A stretch of DNA of 15,075 bases, taken from NCBI GenBank assembly GCA_000388065.2, contig KB932203.1. The stretch is one strand, 5' to 3'. The position numbers and the translations under genes are program-made. The notes beneath the pieces are model-generated. The model made no database searches. It saw only the letters and a list, made by a program, of their open reading frames with translations, and was not told the origin of the DNA. Positions 1 through 8,785 of the stretch are shown piece after piece (position 1 is the first letter of the stretch; each line of letters opens with the position of its first letter). Source of the stretch: Fonticula alba ATCC 38817 (Eukaryota; Protista; Nucleariida).

Positions 1-31
1 GTTCTGGGATGCTATCATTCCCACGATGTAA

Positions 32-111
32 CACGTGTGGCAATTCACTCACGTGTTGCTTCATCTATCGTTTACATGGGGATTCCACTACAATTGCCCG
101 GCAGTCACGTG
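32..111. promoter_or_regulatory. Cluster of three CACGTG E-box/G-box motifs upstream of TIP41
   Basis: CACGTG at 32-37, 50-55 (TCACGTG) and 106-111 (GTCACGTGCC), in a locally AT-richer stretch. Function is inferred only. Confidence 0.4.
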
Positions 112-202
112 CCACGGCGATTCGCCAATTTTCTCTCCCGCTCGCCAGCCGGGGCTCCGGCGTCCCGCCAGCCTTTCGGGACATGGGCCTTGAACGCCCG
201 GC

Positions 203-389
203 GGGGGGGGGGGGGGGGGGGGGGGGCCGCCAGGACGGGGGGCGGGGGGTGAGGGGCGAAATGTTGCCAACTGCCTTCTGTCCCTGGCAGGCGAGAGTAA
301 ATACCGCCCTCCTGGCTGTGTGGATGCTGCTGCAGGCATCCTTCGTTGTTTGGGTCGGTGGCACAGGGGGGGGGGGGGGGGGGGGGGGG
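203..389 (+). repeat. Two poly-G tracts of 24 nt each (203-226, 366-389); G-quadruplex-prone
   Basis: Homopolymers read directly. Lengths may be affected by sequencing error. Confidence 0.85.
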
Positions 390-669
390 CGGCGGCGGAT
401 CGACCTGGGCACGCCAGTGGCACGCATCCCGCTGGCTCAGTATATCCTGGGCCCCGTTCGCGGTCGCCCCTCCCCCTCTCGAGGCTGGCCCCTGGCCCGA
501 TCAGCCCCGGGGCAATGAGAATTGAAATCCATCCACCGTACTTCGGTCACTCCCGACTGGAGAAGCTTTGCCATGACTCCCCCTCTCCGACCCCCCTTCC
601 GCCTGCAAGCCAGCGATCGACACCCCATCAACAGCCCCTTCGCCTGCTCCTCACCTCAGGAAACCGCCC

Positions 670-728
670 NNNNNNNNNNNNNNNNNNNNNNNNNNNNNNN
701 NNNNNNNNNNNNNNNNNNNNNNNNNNNN
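670..728. other. Assembly gap (59 N)
   Basis: N run flanked by C-runs. Confidence 1.
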
Positions 729-767
729 CCCCTCCCCCACCTCGTCTCTTGCTCCTTTCATATCAGT

Positions 768-2088
768 ATGACAACCTCTGGCCCCATCCCTGGCACGGTG
801 CCCACCGCCCCGGAAGTGGTCTTCAACCTGAATGACGAGTGGACGATTACCCTCAACCGCGGACCGATGATGTGTTCGCAGGAGGTTGACCGGTGCGCGC
901 TCGCCTCCCATGTGTCTCTTCACTTGCTTGCCTTATCCCCCCTCCCCCCCCCACACACACACACACACATGTATATATGTATACGCACGCCGCATTTGCA
1001 CCTTCTAATTATTTGTCCCGCTCATTGCTAGCCTCACTGAGGAGCTCGACCTCCCGCTGCCGGAGATGGTCTTCCCCAACAATTCCATTTGCATCTCCAC
1101 CACGGGCGGCTTTTCTCTGGCCTTCCGCGCGATCGACGCCCTGCGCCATGTGCCCAACCACCTGGCCCTGGAAGCGGCCAAGACCCACGCCGATGGAGCC
1201 AACTACGAGGAGGTCGAGAAGGTGGCCTACGCCTCGCAGTGGGCCAGCGCCCGGGAGGCCCTCTTCCAGGGGAACACCACCTCCGAAACGGCGGAGTCCA
1301 CGCCGGAGGATGTGTCCCCGGCCCTGGTGGCCGAGGATCCGGCGGCCCAGTCGGCCTCAGTGTCGGCCACCACCCCGGGGACCACCACCGATCCCGGAGC
1401 CCCTGGCAGCTGGCTGACCGAGGTCCCGCAGCACGACTGGACGTACGCCTCGCGCTATCGGGGGACGCTGGTCCTGCCGGGGCCGTTCGCCGAGCGCATG
1501 CGCCCGGTGCCGAGCACCCTGGCCGAGGCGGCCACCGCATGCCTGGCTGACCCTTGCTGGTCGAGCTCCTCGCGCGCGTCCTCCCCCTTCGCCACCGAAG
1601 CCCGGGAGTTGGATGTCGCACGGCTTTCCCGGCCGGATCCCCTGCTTTTCCACACCGGCCCCCAGTGGCTGCATCTTTATGATGATGAGCTCCATGACAA
1701 TGGGCATGTGCGCTTCGGCATTCGCGCGCGTGCCATGCCGGACGGGCTCTTCATCCTGGCCCGGTGTGCGGTGCGCATCGATGGGGTTCGTGCGCGGGTT
1801 TTCGACACCCGCATCCACATGGCCACCGATGACCCGGCGCGCGGGGTCCTCCGCGAGACTGTCATCCGTGAGGCCTCATGGTCGGCGCTCTTCGACGACA
1901 ACCTGCTCATTGGCAGCGGGCAGACGGCCAGCGCGGCCAATGCCGTGGTTGCCGGCTCCCGGCCGCTGGACATCCAGGCCCTCATTGACCTAGACGCCAT
2001 TGCTGATCGCCTTCCGGTGGTCGCTCGCGAGGTGGAGTACCTCCCGGCCTTTCCGGACTCGAACCTGTCGGGGATTGTTGCTATGTAA
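768..2088 (+). CDS. TIP41: TIP41-like / TIPRL family PP2A (type 2A phosphatase) regulator; model join(768..892,1032..2088), 393 aa
   Basis: Exon 1 MTTSGP...WTITLNRGPMMCSQEVD(R) ends at a GTGCGC donor (893). The intron has a CTAAT branch site (~1005-1009) and a TAG acceptor (1029-1031). The phase-2 join restores R-LTEELDLPLPEMVFPNN. Family motifs recognised: LPEMVF, DWTY..Y.GTL, LYDDELHDNG, RAMPDGLFILAR..VRIDGV..R.FDTRI, LRE. Spliced length 1182 nt is divisible by 3 and ends in TAA. Confidence 0.93.
893..1031 (+). other. Spliceosomal intron of TIP41 (139 nt, phase 2)
   Basis: GTGCGC...CTAAT...TAG. Contains a C-run and a (CA)n tract. Removing it gives a continuous TIP41 frame. Confidence 0.88.
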
Positions 2089-2298
2089 AGAAAAGAGGGG
2101 CCGCCTCCTGGCCTCCCCCCTCCCCGCTTTTCATCCACCTCTCCCTCCCTCCATCTTTTATCTCCGGAGATGGGAAATACACACTCTTCTTCCCACTCGG
2201 TGGAAGACATTCCCATGGGGATCGATGTATTTTTCAGTCAACCTGGGCGGCAGGGTTGGGAAGGCAGAGCTAAAGAGAGGGGGCTGGGAGTGAATTCG

Positions 2299-2336
2299 AA
2301 CACACACACACACACATACATACATACATACATATA
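2299..2336. repeat. (CA)n/(TACA)n microsatellite between the convergent TIP41 and BSD-like gene ends
   Basis: ACACACACACACACACATACATACATACACATATACA read directly. Confidence 0.85.
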
Positions 2337-2377
2337 CATTTACATGTTGGGGCACTCCGGGACAAATGGCCCATCTG

Positions 2378-5098
2378 TCAAGGGTCGGCAGGAGAGGAAG
2401 TCGACTGGGTGCCAGCTCCAGCGGCGGAGTTGAATGATCCATCCCGAACCAGTTCCACGAAGGAGGACTCGGCCCCGCTGCCGGTGGTAGAGCTCAGCGA
2501 GGAGAAGGTCGACATGGAACTCGGATCCCCTGTCAGCAGGTCCCCATCGGAATCCAGATCCAGGTCGAGGTCCGACCCGAGATCCGACCCGAGATCCGAC
2601 CCGAGATCCGACCCAAGGTCCGACCCAAGGTCCGACCCGAGATCCACATCCAGGTCAGTGCCCGAGGTGGAGGCCGAGCGCGGAGGAGCCGACTCCGCGC
2701 TGCCGCCGGCCGGCTGCCGGAAGGCCGAATCCGCCGAGTGGATCAGGTGCGGAGACGATGAGAGGTTCCCTCCATGGGGAGAAGACTCGGCCGAGGAGGC
2801 CGGCGAGCTGGGCGCCGCCGGGGTGCTGGTCGCCCCGGCCGATGGGGAGGGACCGAGCTCGGCTTGGGACTGGACCAGGGTCGGTGTGGCAACCTGGGCA
2901 TTGGTGCCGGCCGGACTGTCCATGGCCGAGGGGGCTCCCGCGCCAGGGCTGGCTGCGATTGTGGAAGCCGACAGCACCGCGGGCGTGGTGGCGGGCGAGG
3001 CGGTGGCCGTGGCGGTGGCCGTGGCGGTGGCCATGTTCAGGGCGGGAACCGCGGCGGCCAGCTGCGTGTCGATCGGCTGCAAGGACGACGCCGGGACCGG
3101 CCGCAAAGTGGGTGTCAGGTCCTGGGCGGTCATCTCCGGATGCAAATCAAGAGGGACACTGGGAGGCGACTCGCCGTCGGAAAGCGCCTCCGACAGGGGC
3201 TGGCTCGGGCCGGCATCGCCGCCGGCTGGAATGCGGGCCATCATGGGATCCATGATTGCCTCCATCTGCGGGCTCGAGCCGGCATCCTCCTGGTCGTCCA
3301 TGATGAAGGCGCTGGCCGCGGCGGCCGGCAGGGCGGCTCCCAGCGACGAGGCGAACCCGGAGAAGGAGGAAATGGAAGAAGCCAGAGAGTTACTCAGGGC
3401 GGTGGAGGCATTGTTGAAGAGACTCTGTCGGGCCTCGCCGCTGGACAGGATGTTGCCGATGGAAGACCCGAGCCGGGCGAGAGGGGCATCCGAGGCAGCA
3501 ATGCCGGCGAAGAAATCCCCACCCGTCGGGGCGGGATCCGTCGCCACCGAGGAGGGCTCCTGGTGCGGGAGGACGCCCGCGCCATCGTGCGGGGCGCAAT
3601 CCTCCACCCCGCCGGGAGTCGGGTGGAAGAGCGACGTGCCGAGGATGTTGAAGCGGCGGAGCTCGTCCCCCGGGAGGGCCAGGATTTCGGGCGATTGAAG
3701 ACGACCAGCCAACAGGAGCCACCAAACGCGTGCCCACCAAACCAGCTCGTCCTTCACCACAGCCGGGACCAGACGGCGGAAGAGGGCATCCAGATCGGCT
3801 CGGCGAACTCGCAGCCGGGCCAGATGGCGGAGGAAGACCAAATCATGCGGACAAAGGTCGGCGGAATCGAGCGCCGCCAGGGAGGCCCCAGGCGCGGAGA
3901 GAGTCTCGGCCGTGCTGGGCGCAGCGCCACTTCCCGCGGCGCCGGGGGGAAAGGCGTAGGCCAGGATGAATTTGAGCCGCCCGAAGCCGGCGGCAGCCAT
4001 CTCCGCGGTGATGGGCTCCAGACCACTGTCCGGTGGGGGGGCAATCGCCGCGAAAACCGGGTCGCGGAGGAGTTGCGCCGGAGTCCGGAAGATTCGATCC
4101 ACCGAAGCATCGTCCGCTGCATCGAGTAGGGCCAGCAATTCGTCGGATGGAGGTGCGCGCGCGGCGGCCACCGCCGCCGCGGCCACCGCCGCCGCACTGC
4201 CGGACGAGGACCCAGGAGCGCCAGCTCCGGCGGGGCCGGCAAACACCTGGCGTCCGGCCTGGTTGATGCGTTCGAGGAGGACCTGCGAGCGGGGATCATT
4301 GGCCAGGCGCTCCAGCGTGTTTCCGTACCAGGCTCGGAAGACGTCGGCCGCCTCGGTGACAGCCAGCTCAATGGGATCCTGGCCATCTGGTCGGAGGCTG
4401 GACTGTGAGAGGAACACACCGCCGGAAAAGCCGGCATCCATGAGCATGGTGTAATCCGTGTCCAGGGGTGGAGGCGCCATGGCGGCGGCGGCATCGGAAA
4501 CGGCGGCCCGCATGTCGGCTGGGTCAACATCTGGCTCGGCGGTTTGCTCGAATGCCGGCGGTTGTTGTGGCTGTTGCTGCGGTGGGTGCGGGTGGTGGGC
4601 CGGGGCCTGGTCGGCATCCTCGTCCTCATCTGCAAGGAGGGATGCGGCCATGAAAGAGAGGCCTGTACGTGCGCGCCCGGCGAGCAGGGTAGCCGAAGAT
4701 AGAAGCCCGAGACCCAGGTCGCCGAAACCACCGGAGGTGTCGACATGATCCGGGTCGCCCGACAAATCCGACCCTTCGGTGGACATGTCGTTCATGGGCG
4801 CGATCGGACTGCTGGCGAGGATGGTGACATCTTCGTGCTCGGTCATCCCGCCGGAGGGGAGGGGGTCGGGGAACTCACTTTCGGTCCATCCATCCAGCGC
4901 CGCGGCATCCAGCTGGGAGATGGTTAGTGCGGCACTCTGGGCCGCCGCTGAGGCCTGGGACGCGGCGGATGCGGCAACCTCGGCCGCCTTCGACAGGGCA
5001 CTGTACCACCAGCCGCCGCCGGTGGCTGCCGAGGCATCGGTGGTGACAGGAGTGCCCGGCGCTGGGGAGGCATCACCGTCATCGCCGTGCCGGGGCAT
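2378..5098 (-). CDS. 906-aa Ala/Ser/Pro-rich protein with a divergent BSD-domain-like motif (BSDC1/SYAP1/DOS2-like), apparently single exon
   Basis: Uninterrupted 2721-nt ORF with a GC3-rich codon pattern. The segment RADLDALFRRLVPAVVKDELVWWARVWWLLL (~3710-3820) resembles the BSD consensus L..L...LVP..V.EE.FW.RYF. It also has an N-terminal GGGWWYS motif. The CDS itself is well supported; the BSD assignment is by eye only (about 0.55). Confidence 0.8.
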   Translation of the reverse strand: MPRHGDDGDASPAPGTPVTTDASAATGGGWWYSALSKAAEVAASAASQASAAAQSAALTISQLDAAALDGWTESEFPDPLPSGGMTEHEDVTILASSPIAPMNDMSTEGSDLSGDPDHVDTSGGFGDLGLGLLSSATLLAGRARTGLSFMAASLLADEDEDADQAPAHHPHPPQQQPQQPPAFEQTAEPDVDPADMRAAVSDAAAAMAPPPLDTDYTMLMDAGFSGGVFLSQSSLRPDGQDPIELAVTEAADVFRAWYGNTLERLANDPRSQVLLERINQAGRQVFAGPAGAGAPGSSSGSAAAVAAAAVAAARAPPSDELLALLDAADDASVDRIFRTPAQLLRDPVFAAIAPPPDSGLEPITAEMAAAGFGRLKFILAYAFPPGAAGSGAAPSTAETLSAPGASLAALDSADLCPHDLVFLRHLARLRVRRADLDALFRRLVPAVVKDELVWWARVWWLLLAGRLQSPEILALPGDELRRFNILGTSLFHPTPGGVEDCAPHDGAGVLPHQEPSSVATDPAPTGGDFFAGIAASDAPLARLGSSIGNILSSGEARQSLFNNASTALSNSLASSISSFSGFASSLGAALPAAAASAFIMDDQEDAGSSPQMEAIMDPMMARIPAGGDAGPSQPLSEALSDGESPPSVPLDLHPEMTAQDLTPTLRPVPASSLQPIDTQLAAAVPALNMATATATATATASPATTPAVLSASTIAASPGAGAPSAMDSPAGTNAQVATPTLVQSQAELGPSPSAGATSTPAAPSSPASSAESSPHGGNLSSSPHLIHSADSAFRQPAGGSAESAPPRSASTSGTDLDVDLGSDLGSDLGSDLGSDLGSDLGSDLDLDLDSDGDLLTGDPSSMSTFSSLSSTTGSGAESSFVELVRDGSFNSAAGAGTQSTSSPADP
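2571..2642. repeat. 12-bp tandem repeat x6 (TCCGACCCGAGA / TCCGACCCAAGG) encoding (LGSD)6 in the minus-strand protein
   Basis: Six units read directly; units 4 and 5 carry the AAGG variant. Confidence 0.95.
3000..3032. repeat. Short GGCGGTGGCCGT tandem repeat encoding an (Ala-Thr)n run in the 906-aa protein
   Basis: Translates as MATATATATATAS on the minus strand. Confidence 0.85.
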
Positions 5099-5449
5099 GG
5101 TTGGAGAGGGCGGGCAGAGGGGAGGCGAGAGAGGGGGAGGCGAGAGAGGGAGAGAGAGCGAGCGATCCAGGGGAGGGGAAAGGGGAGGGGGGCAGATCAG
5201 CGGGTGCCCAGTGGAGGGAGAGGCGAGGGGAGGGGGAGGGGGGGGGGGGCAAGAAGGGAAGGTAAGGAAGAGCGCTGGAAGTCAGGGAGTCTGCAAGGAG
5301 ATGGAGATCCGACCGAAAAAGATTCCCAACGAGCCATCCTGCTCAAGTGGGGCGGCCCCATGACAGGGGATTCCCCAGGGTCTTTCAGGCGACGATCGTC
5401 AGAGAAAAAAAACAACCCTCCACGGAGCTCTGATCGGAGCGGCAGGTAT

Positions 5450-5472
5450 GAGAGAGAGAGAGAGAGAGAGAG
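5450..5472. repeat. (GA)n microsatellite
   Basis: About 11 perfect GA units read directly. Confidence 0.9.
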
Positions 5473-6621
5473 GGGCAAGCCGGAGGCCCGTCCCACTAGC
5501 TCCCGGCCGACAACAAGGGCAGCCCCATGCTGAACAAGATTGTTCTCCCCTCCCTCTCCCCCCGGTGTTCTCGGGCAGACACCACTACGCCAACAACAGA
5601 AGGGCCAGTAGTGCGGGGTGCGAGGCGGAAGGGGGGAGGGGGGGGGGGGGGACGTGGACCAGAGCGCCAGGGGGGACCAACCTTGATCCGCCTTCCTACG
5701 GGCCCAGGTCACCAGAACGAGCTTGGTGCAATCGCCGACTAAAGATCGGTTGCCAAACTGTCAACAAGCCAGCGCATTGATCGGTGTGATTTCGAAAGAC
5801 ATCTGATATGCGAATGCCATTATTGTACCTCGGCCGAAGAGTAGGGCTCAGCTAACCCCAGGGACAGCTCGGGACCGCCCCTCACACCTGCCCCTTTCCC
5901 TGTTCCCCCCCCCCCCCCCCCCGCCCCCGGGGGGCGGGAGTGCGGGTGCCTGGCGGCTCCCTCCCTTCTGAACGCCGGGCCTGCACCGCGGTTTGTGTTC
6001 GCTGACCGGGGCGCGCAGATCCCGGGGGGACCGATCGGTGCTGCAGGAGGGACCCCTTCAGGACCTTCGCTGTGGCCCCCCCCCCCCCCCCGCCGACGGG
6101 ACTGAGCCACTTTTCGCACCTCAAAGGGTCTTGCGGACATTGAGGGAGAAACCGGGCGCGGGTGGCGCCGAGCCGGGATGATGCCCTGCCGGGCACCCCC
6201 GACCCATTGACGAAGTGGGGGGCCCAATGCCTGTTAGTGCGCACACGCGCGTGCCTTCGGCTCCCGGCGGCCAGGTCCGGAGGGAATGTTAATTCACCTC
6301 GAGCCCATCCTGTGCTCGAGCATGACCCCCCCCCCCTCCCCCCTCCAGCACCCCGGCGCGGCTGCACGGCGTTATTTTATTTATCCTGTTGAGAGGTGCT
6401 GCCGCCCCTCCCGGGCCCCGACAGAGGGTGGTCAGCCTGGGTCGCCCCGCCCTTGCGCGTGCACTCATGCAGACAAACCGGCCCCCGTCCATGCCCTCGG
6501 ATGGTGTCCCGGCCCTGGTGGGGGTGACATATTGCCTCCCCCGCCCCCCCGGCCCCCGCGCGCCCCTTCCGAGTGAGCGCCAGGCCCATTTCAGGGCATA
6601 CCGGCTGTGGGCGTTTGCCCC

Positions 6622-6652
6622 CGCGCGCGCGCGCGCGCGCGCGCGCGCGCGC
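6622..6652. repeat. Pure alternating (CG)15 tract; self-complementary, Z-DNA/cruciform-prone
   Basis: 31 nt of uninterrupted alternating C/G read directly. Confidence 0.95.
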
Positions 6653-6893
6653 AAGAGCACAGATTTTTCGGCCCATTCGGCCGGGCCCGAGAGGTCAGGG
6701 ATGTTGGAGGAGCGTGAAGCGGTGCGGCCCCTCCAGCCAGCGGAGAAGGCCTCTCTCAGCAGCCTCGTCAGCTGGAGGGCGGGGGCTGCCTGGCCATGAC
6801 TGGGCGGCCGCGTCGGGCCGCTGGCATGTCTCTCAAAGGCGAGAGGACGGCGAGGAAAGGGCCGAAACTCGAGGTTGGTTTGATATTGGGTGT

Positions 6894-6903
6894 TATAAAA
6901 AAA
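6894..6903 (+). promoter_or_regulatory. TATA-box-like element TATAAAAAAA
   Basis: Consensus-like AT island within very GC-rich intergenic DNA. No linked transcript is visible because a gap follows. Confidence 0.2.
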
Positions 6904-7327
6904 GATCCCCTTTCCCGCGGAAGCCCCCGGGCTTGAGCATGCGCCGGGGAGATGTCGCTCGCGCTCGTTCCCCCTTTCGCGGGGTCTTCCATTTTGTGAC
7001 TCTCTTCTCCACCCCCCCGGATGTGTGTTCGCCTCGAGAACGCCCGCGACTCACCGGCCCGGCGAGCCCCGGGCGCCGCCAGGCCAAGCAATCGCGCCGG
7101 GATGCACCGGCACTCTTATCTCGGCGCTTGCCCGGCCTCTCTCTCCGGGACACAACCTGAAGGCCAGGGAAAAATCTCGAAATGTGTTGCCTCTTGCGTG
7201 GGTGCTCGGTCGCTCGGACTCTCCATACCCTGGGGGCGGGGAGAACGGGCCCGTGTGTGTGTGTGTGTGTGTGTGAGTGGGGAGGATCCCCGCGCTTTTC
7301 TGCCCGCGCCCCCCCCCCCCCCCCCCC

Positions 7328-8166
7328 NNNNNNNNNNNNNNNNNNNNNNNNNNNNNNNNNNNNNNNNNNNNNNNNNNNNNNNNNNNNNNNNNNNNNNNNN
7401 NNNNNNNNNNNNNNNNNNNNNNNNNNNNNNNNNNNNNNNNNNNNNNNNNNNNNNNNNNNNNNNNNNNNNNNNNNNNNNNNNNNNNNNNNNNNNNNNNNNN
7501 NNNNNNNNNNNNNNNNNNNNNNNNNNNNNNNNNNNNNNNNNNNNNNNNNNNNNNNNNNNNNNNNNNNNNNNNNNNNNNNNNNNNNNNNNNNNNNNNNNNN
7601 NNNNNNNNNNNNNNNNNNNNNNNNNNNNNNNNNNNNNNNNNNNNNNNNNNNNNNNNNNNNNNNNNNNNNNNNNNNNNNNNNNNNNNNNNNNNNNNNNNNN
7701 NNNNNNNNNNNNNNNNNNNNNNNNNNNNNNNNNNNNNNNNNNNNNNNNNNNNNNNNNNNNNNNNNNNNNNNNNNNNNNNNNNNNNNNNNNNNNNNNNNNN
7801 NNNNNNNNNNNNNNNNNNNNNNNNNNNNNNNNNNNNNNNNNNNNNNNNNNNNNNNNNNNNNNNNNNNNNNNNNNNNNNNNNNNNNNNNNNNNNNNNNNNN
7901 NNNNNNNNNNNNNNNNNNNNNNNNNNNNNNNNNNNNNNNNNNNNNNNNNNNNNNNNNNNNNNNNNNNNNNNNNNNNNNNNNNNNNNNNNNNNNNNNNNNN
8001 NNNNNNNNNNNNNNNNNNNNNNNNNNNNNNNNNNNNNNNNNNNNNNNNNNNNNNNNNNNNNNNNNNNNNNNNNNNNNNNNNNNNNNNNNNNNNNNNNNNN
8101 NNNNNNNNNNNNNNNNNNNNNNNNNNNNNNNNNNNNNNNNNNNNNNNNNNNNNNNNNNNNNNNNNN
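7328..8166. other. Assembly gap (839 N)
   Basis: N run following a poly-C tract. Confidence 1.
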
Positions 8167-8785
8167 GTACCTGAGCTCGCCTTCCTTCCTCCCCCTCCCC
8201 CTCCCTCCTGCACTTTGCGCACACGAGCCGCATTAAGCACGCGCCGCACCTCTATGAGCCCCCTGTCCTGGGTGCTCGTCCAATAACCCCCCTCCCCCTC
8301 CCTCCCCTTCGCTGGCCGCCGAAATGTATGTCCTTTCCGCCACGCTGCCAGGGACCACTTTTGCCATCCTCCTAACCTTGACCTCCGCCCTCTGCCACTT
8401 TGTTCCCTCCCCCCCCCCCTCCCTCCCGCCGCCACAGAGCGCCCATCGCTATGTTCTTTGCCCCTGCCGACGACTCTCCCAGCCCTCTCCGAGTCCCGCG
8501 CACCGCTTCTTCTCCTGTTTCGAGTTGCCTCAGCTAAGTTCCCCCCCCCCCTTGGCAGACTGGCTCCTCTCTTCGGTCTCCCCTTTCCCCTCTCTCCCCC
8601 TTTGAGAGCGCGCCCGCGCCCTCTCTCCCCGCCCCCCCTCTCCCCCTCCCTCCTCCACCCCCTCCCTCATCCTGGTGTTTGGCCCTCACGCTGTGCTTCT
8701 GCCTCCCCGCTGAAGCCAGCGCTCTCTCCCCGTCGGCGCCTCACGCTTCCCTGCGGTGTCCTCCGGCCCCTCCGCCGAGCTCCTG

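Noticed and set aside
9-518. Gly/Pro-run ORFs at the window start, and similar ones at 14214-14876
   Set aside because: They are translations of poly-G/poly-C tracts with no recognisable domain.
2571-2642. Direct repeats here and at 8894-8974 as CRISPR-like arrays
   Set aside because: Units are contiguous with no spacers, are in-frame coding repeats, and lie in a eukaryotic context.
2409-4129. Long plus-strand ORFs (2409..3698, 429 aa; 2774..4129, 451 aa) antisense to the 906-aa gene
   Set aside because: Shadow ORFs are expected opposite GC3-biased coding sequence. The translations are mirror low-complexity sequence with no family motif.
5700-5860. AT-richer island as a C/D snoRNA or small CDS
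   Set aside because: There is a CTGA but no proper box C or terminal stem, and only short uninformative ORFs.
6298-6320. Hairpin CTCGAGC-N9-GCTCGAG
   Set aside because: A 7-bp stem is expected by chance in 15 kb of GC-rich DNA and has no supporting context.
6893-8435. ORFs of 319-446 aa spanning the large gap
   Set aside because: Their length comes from N codons.
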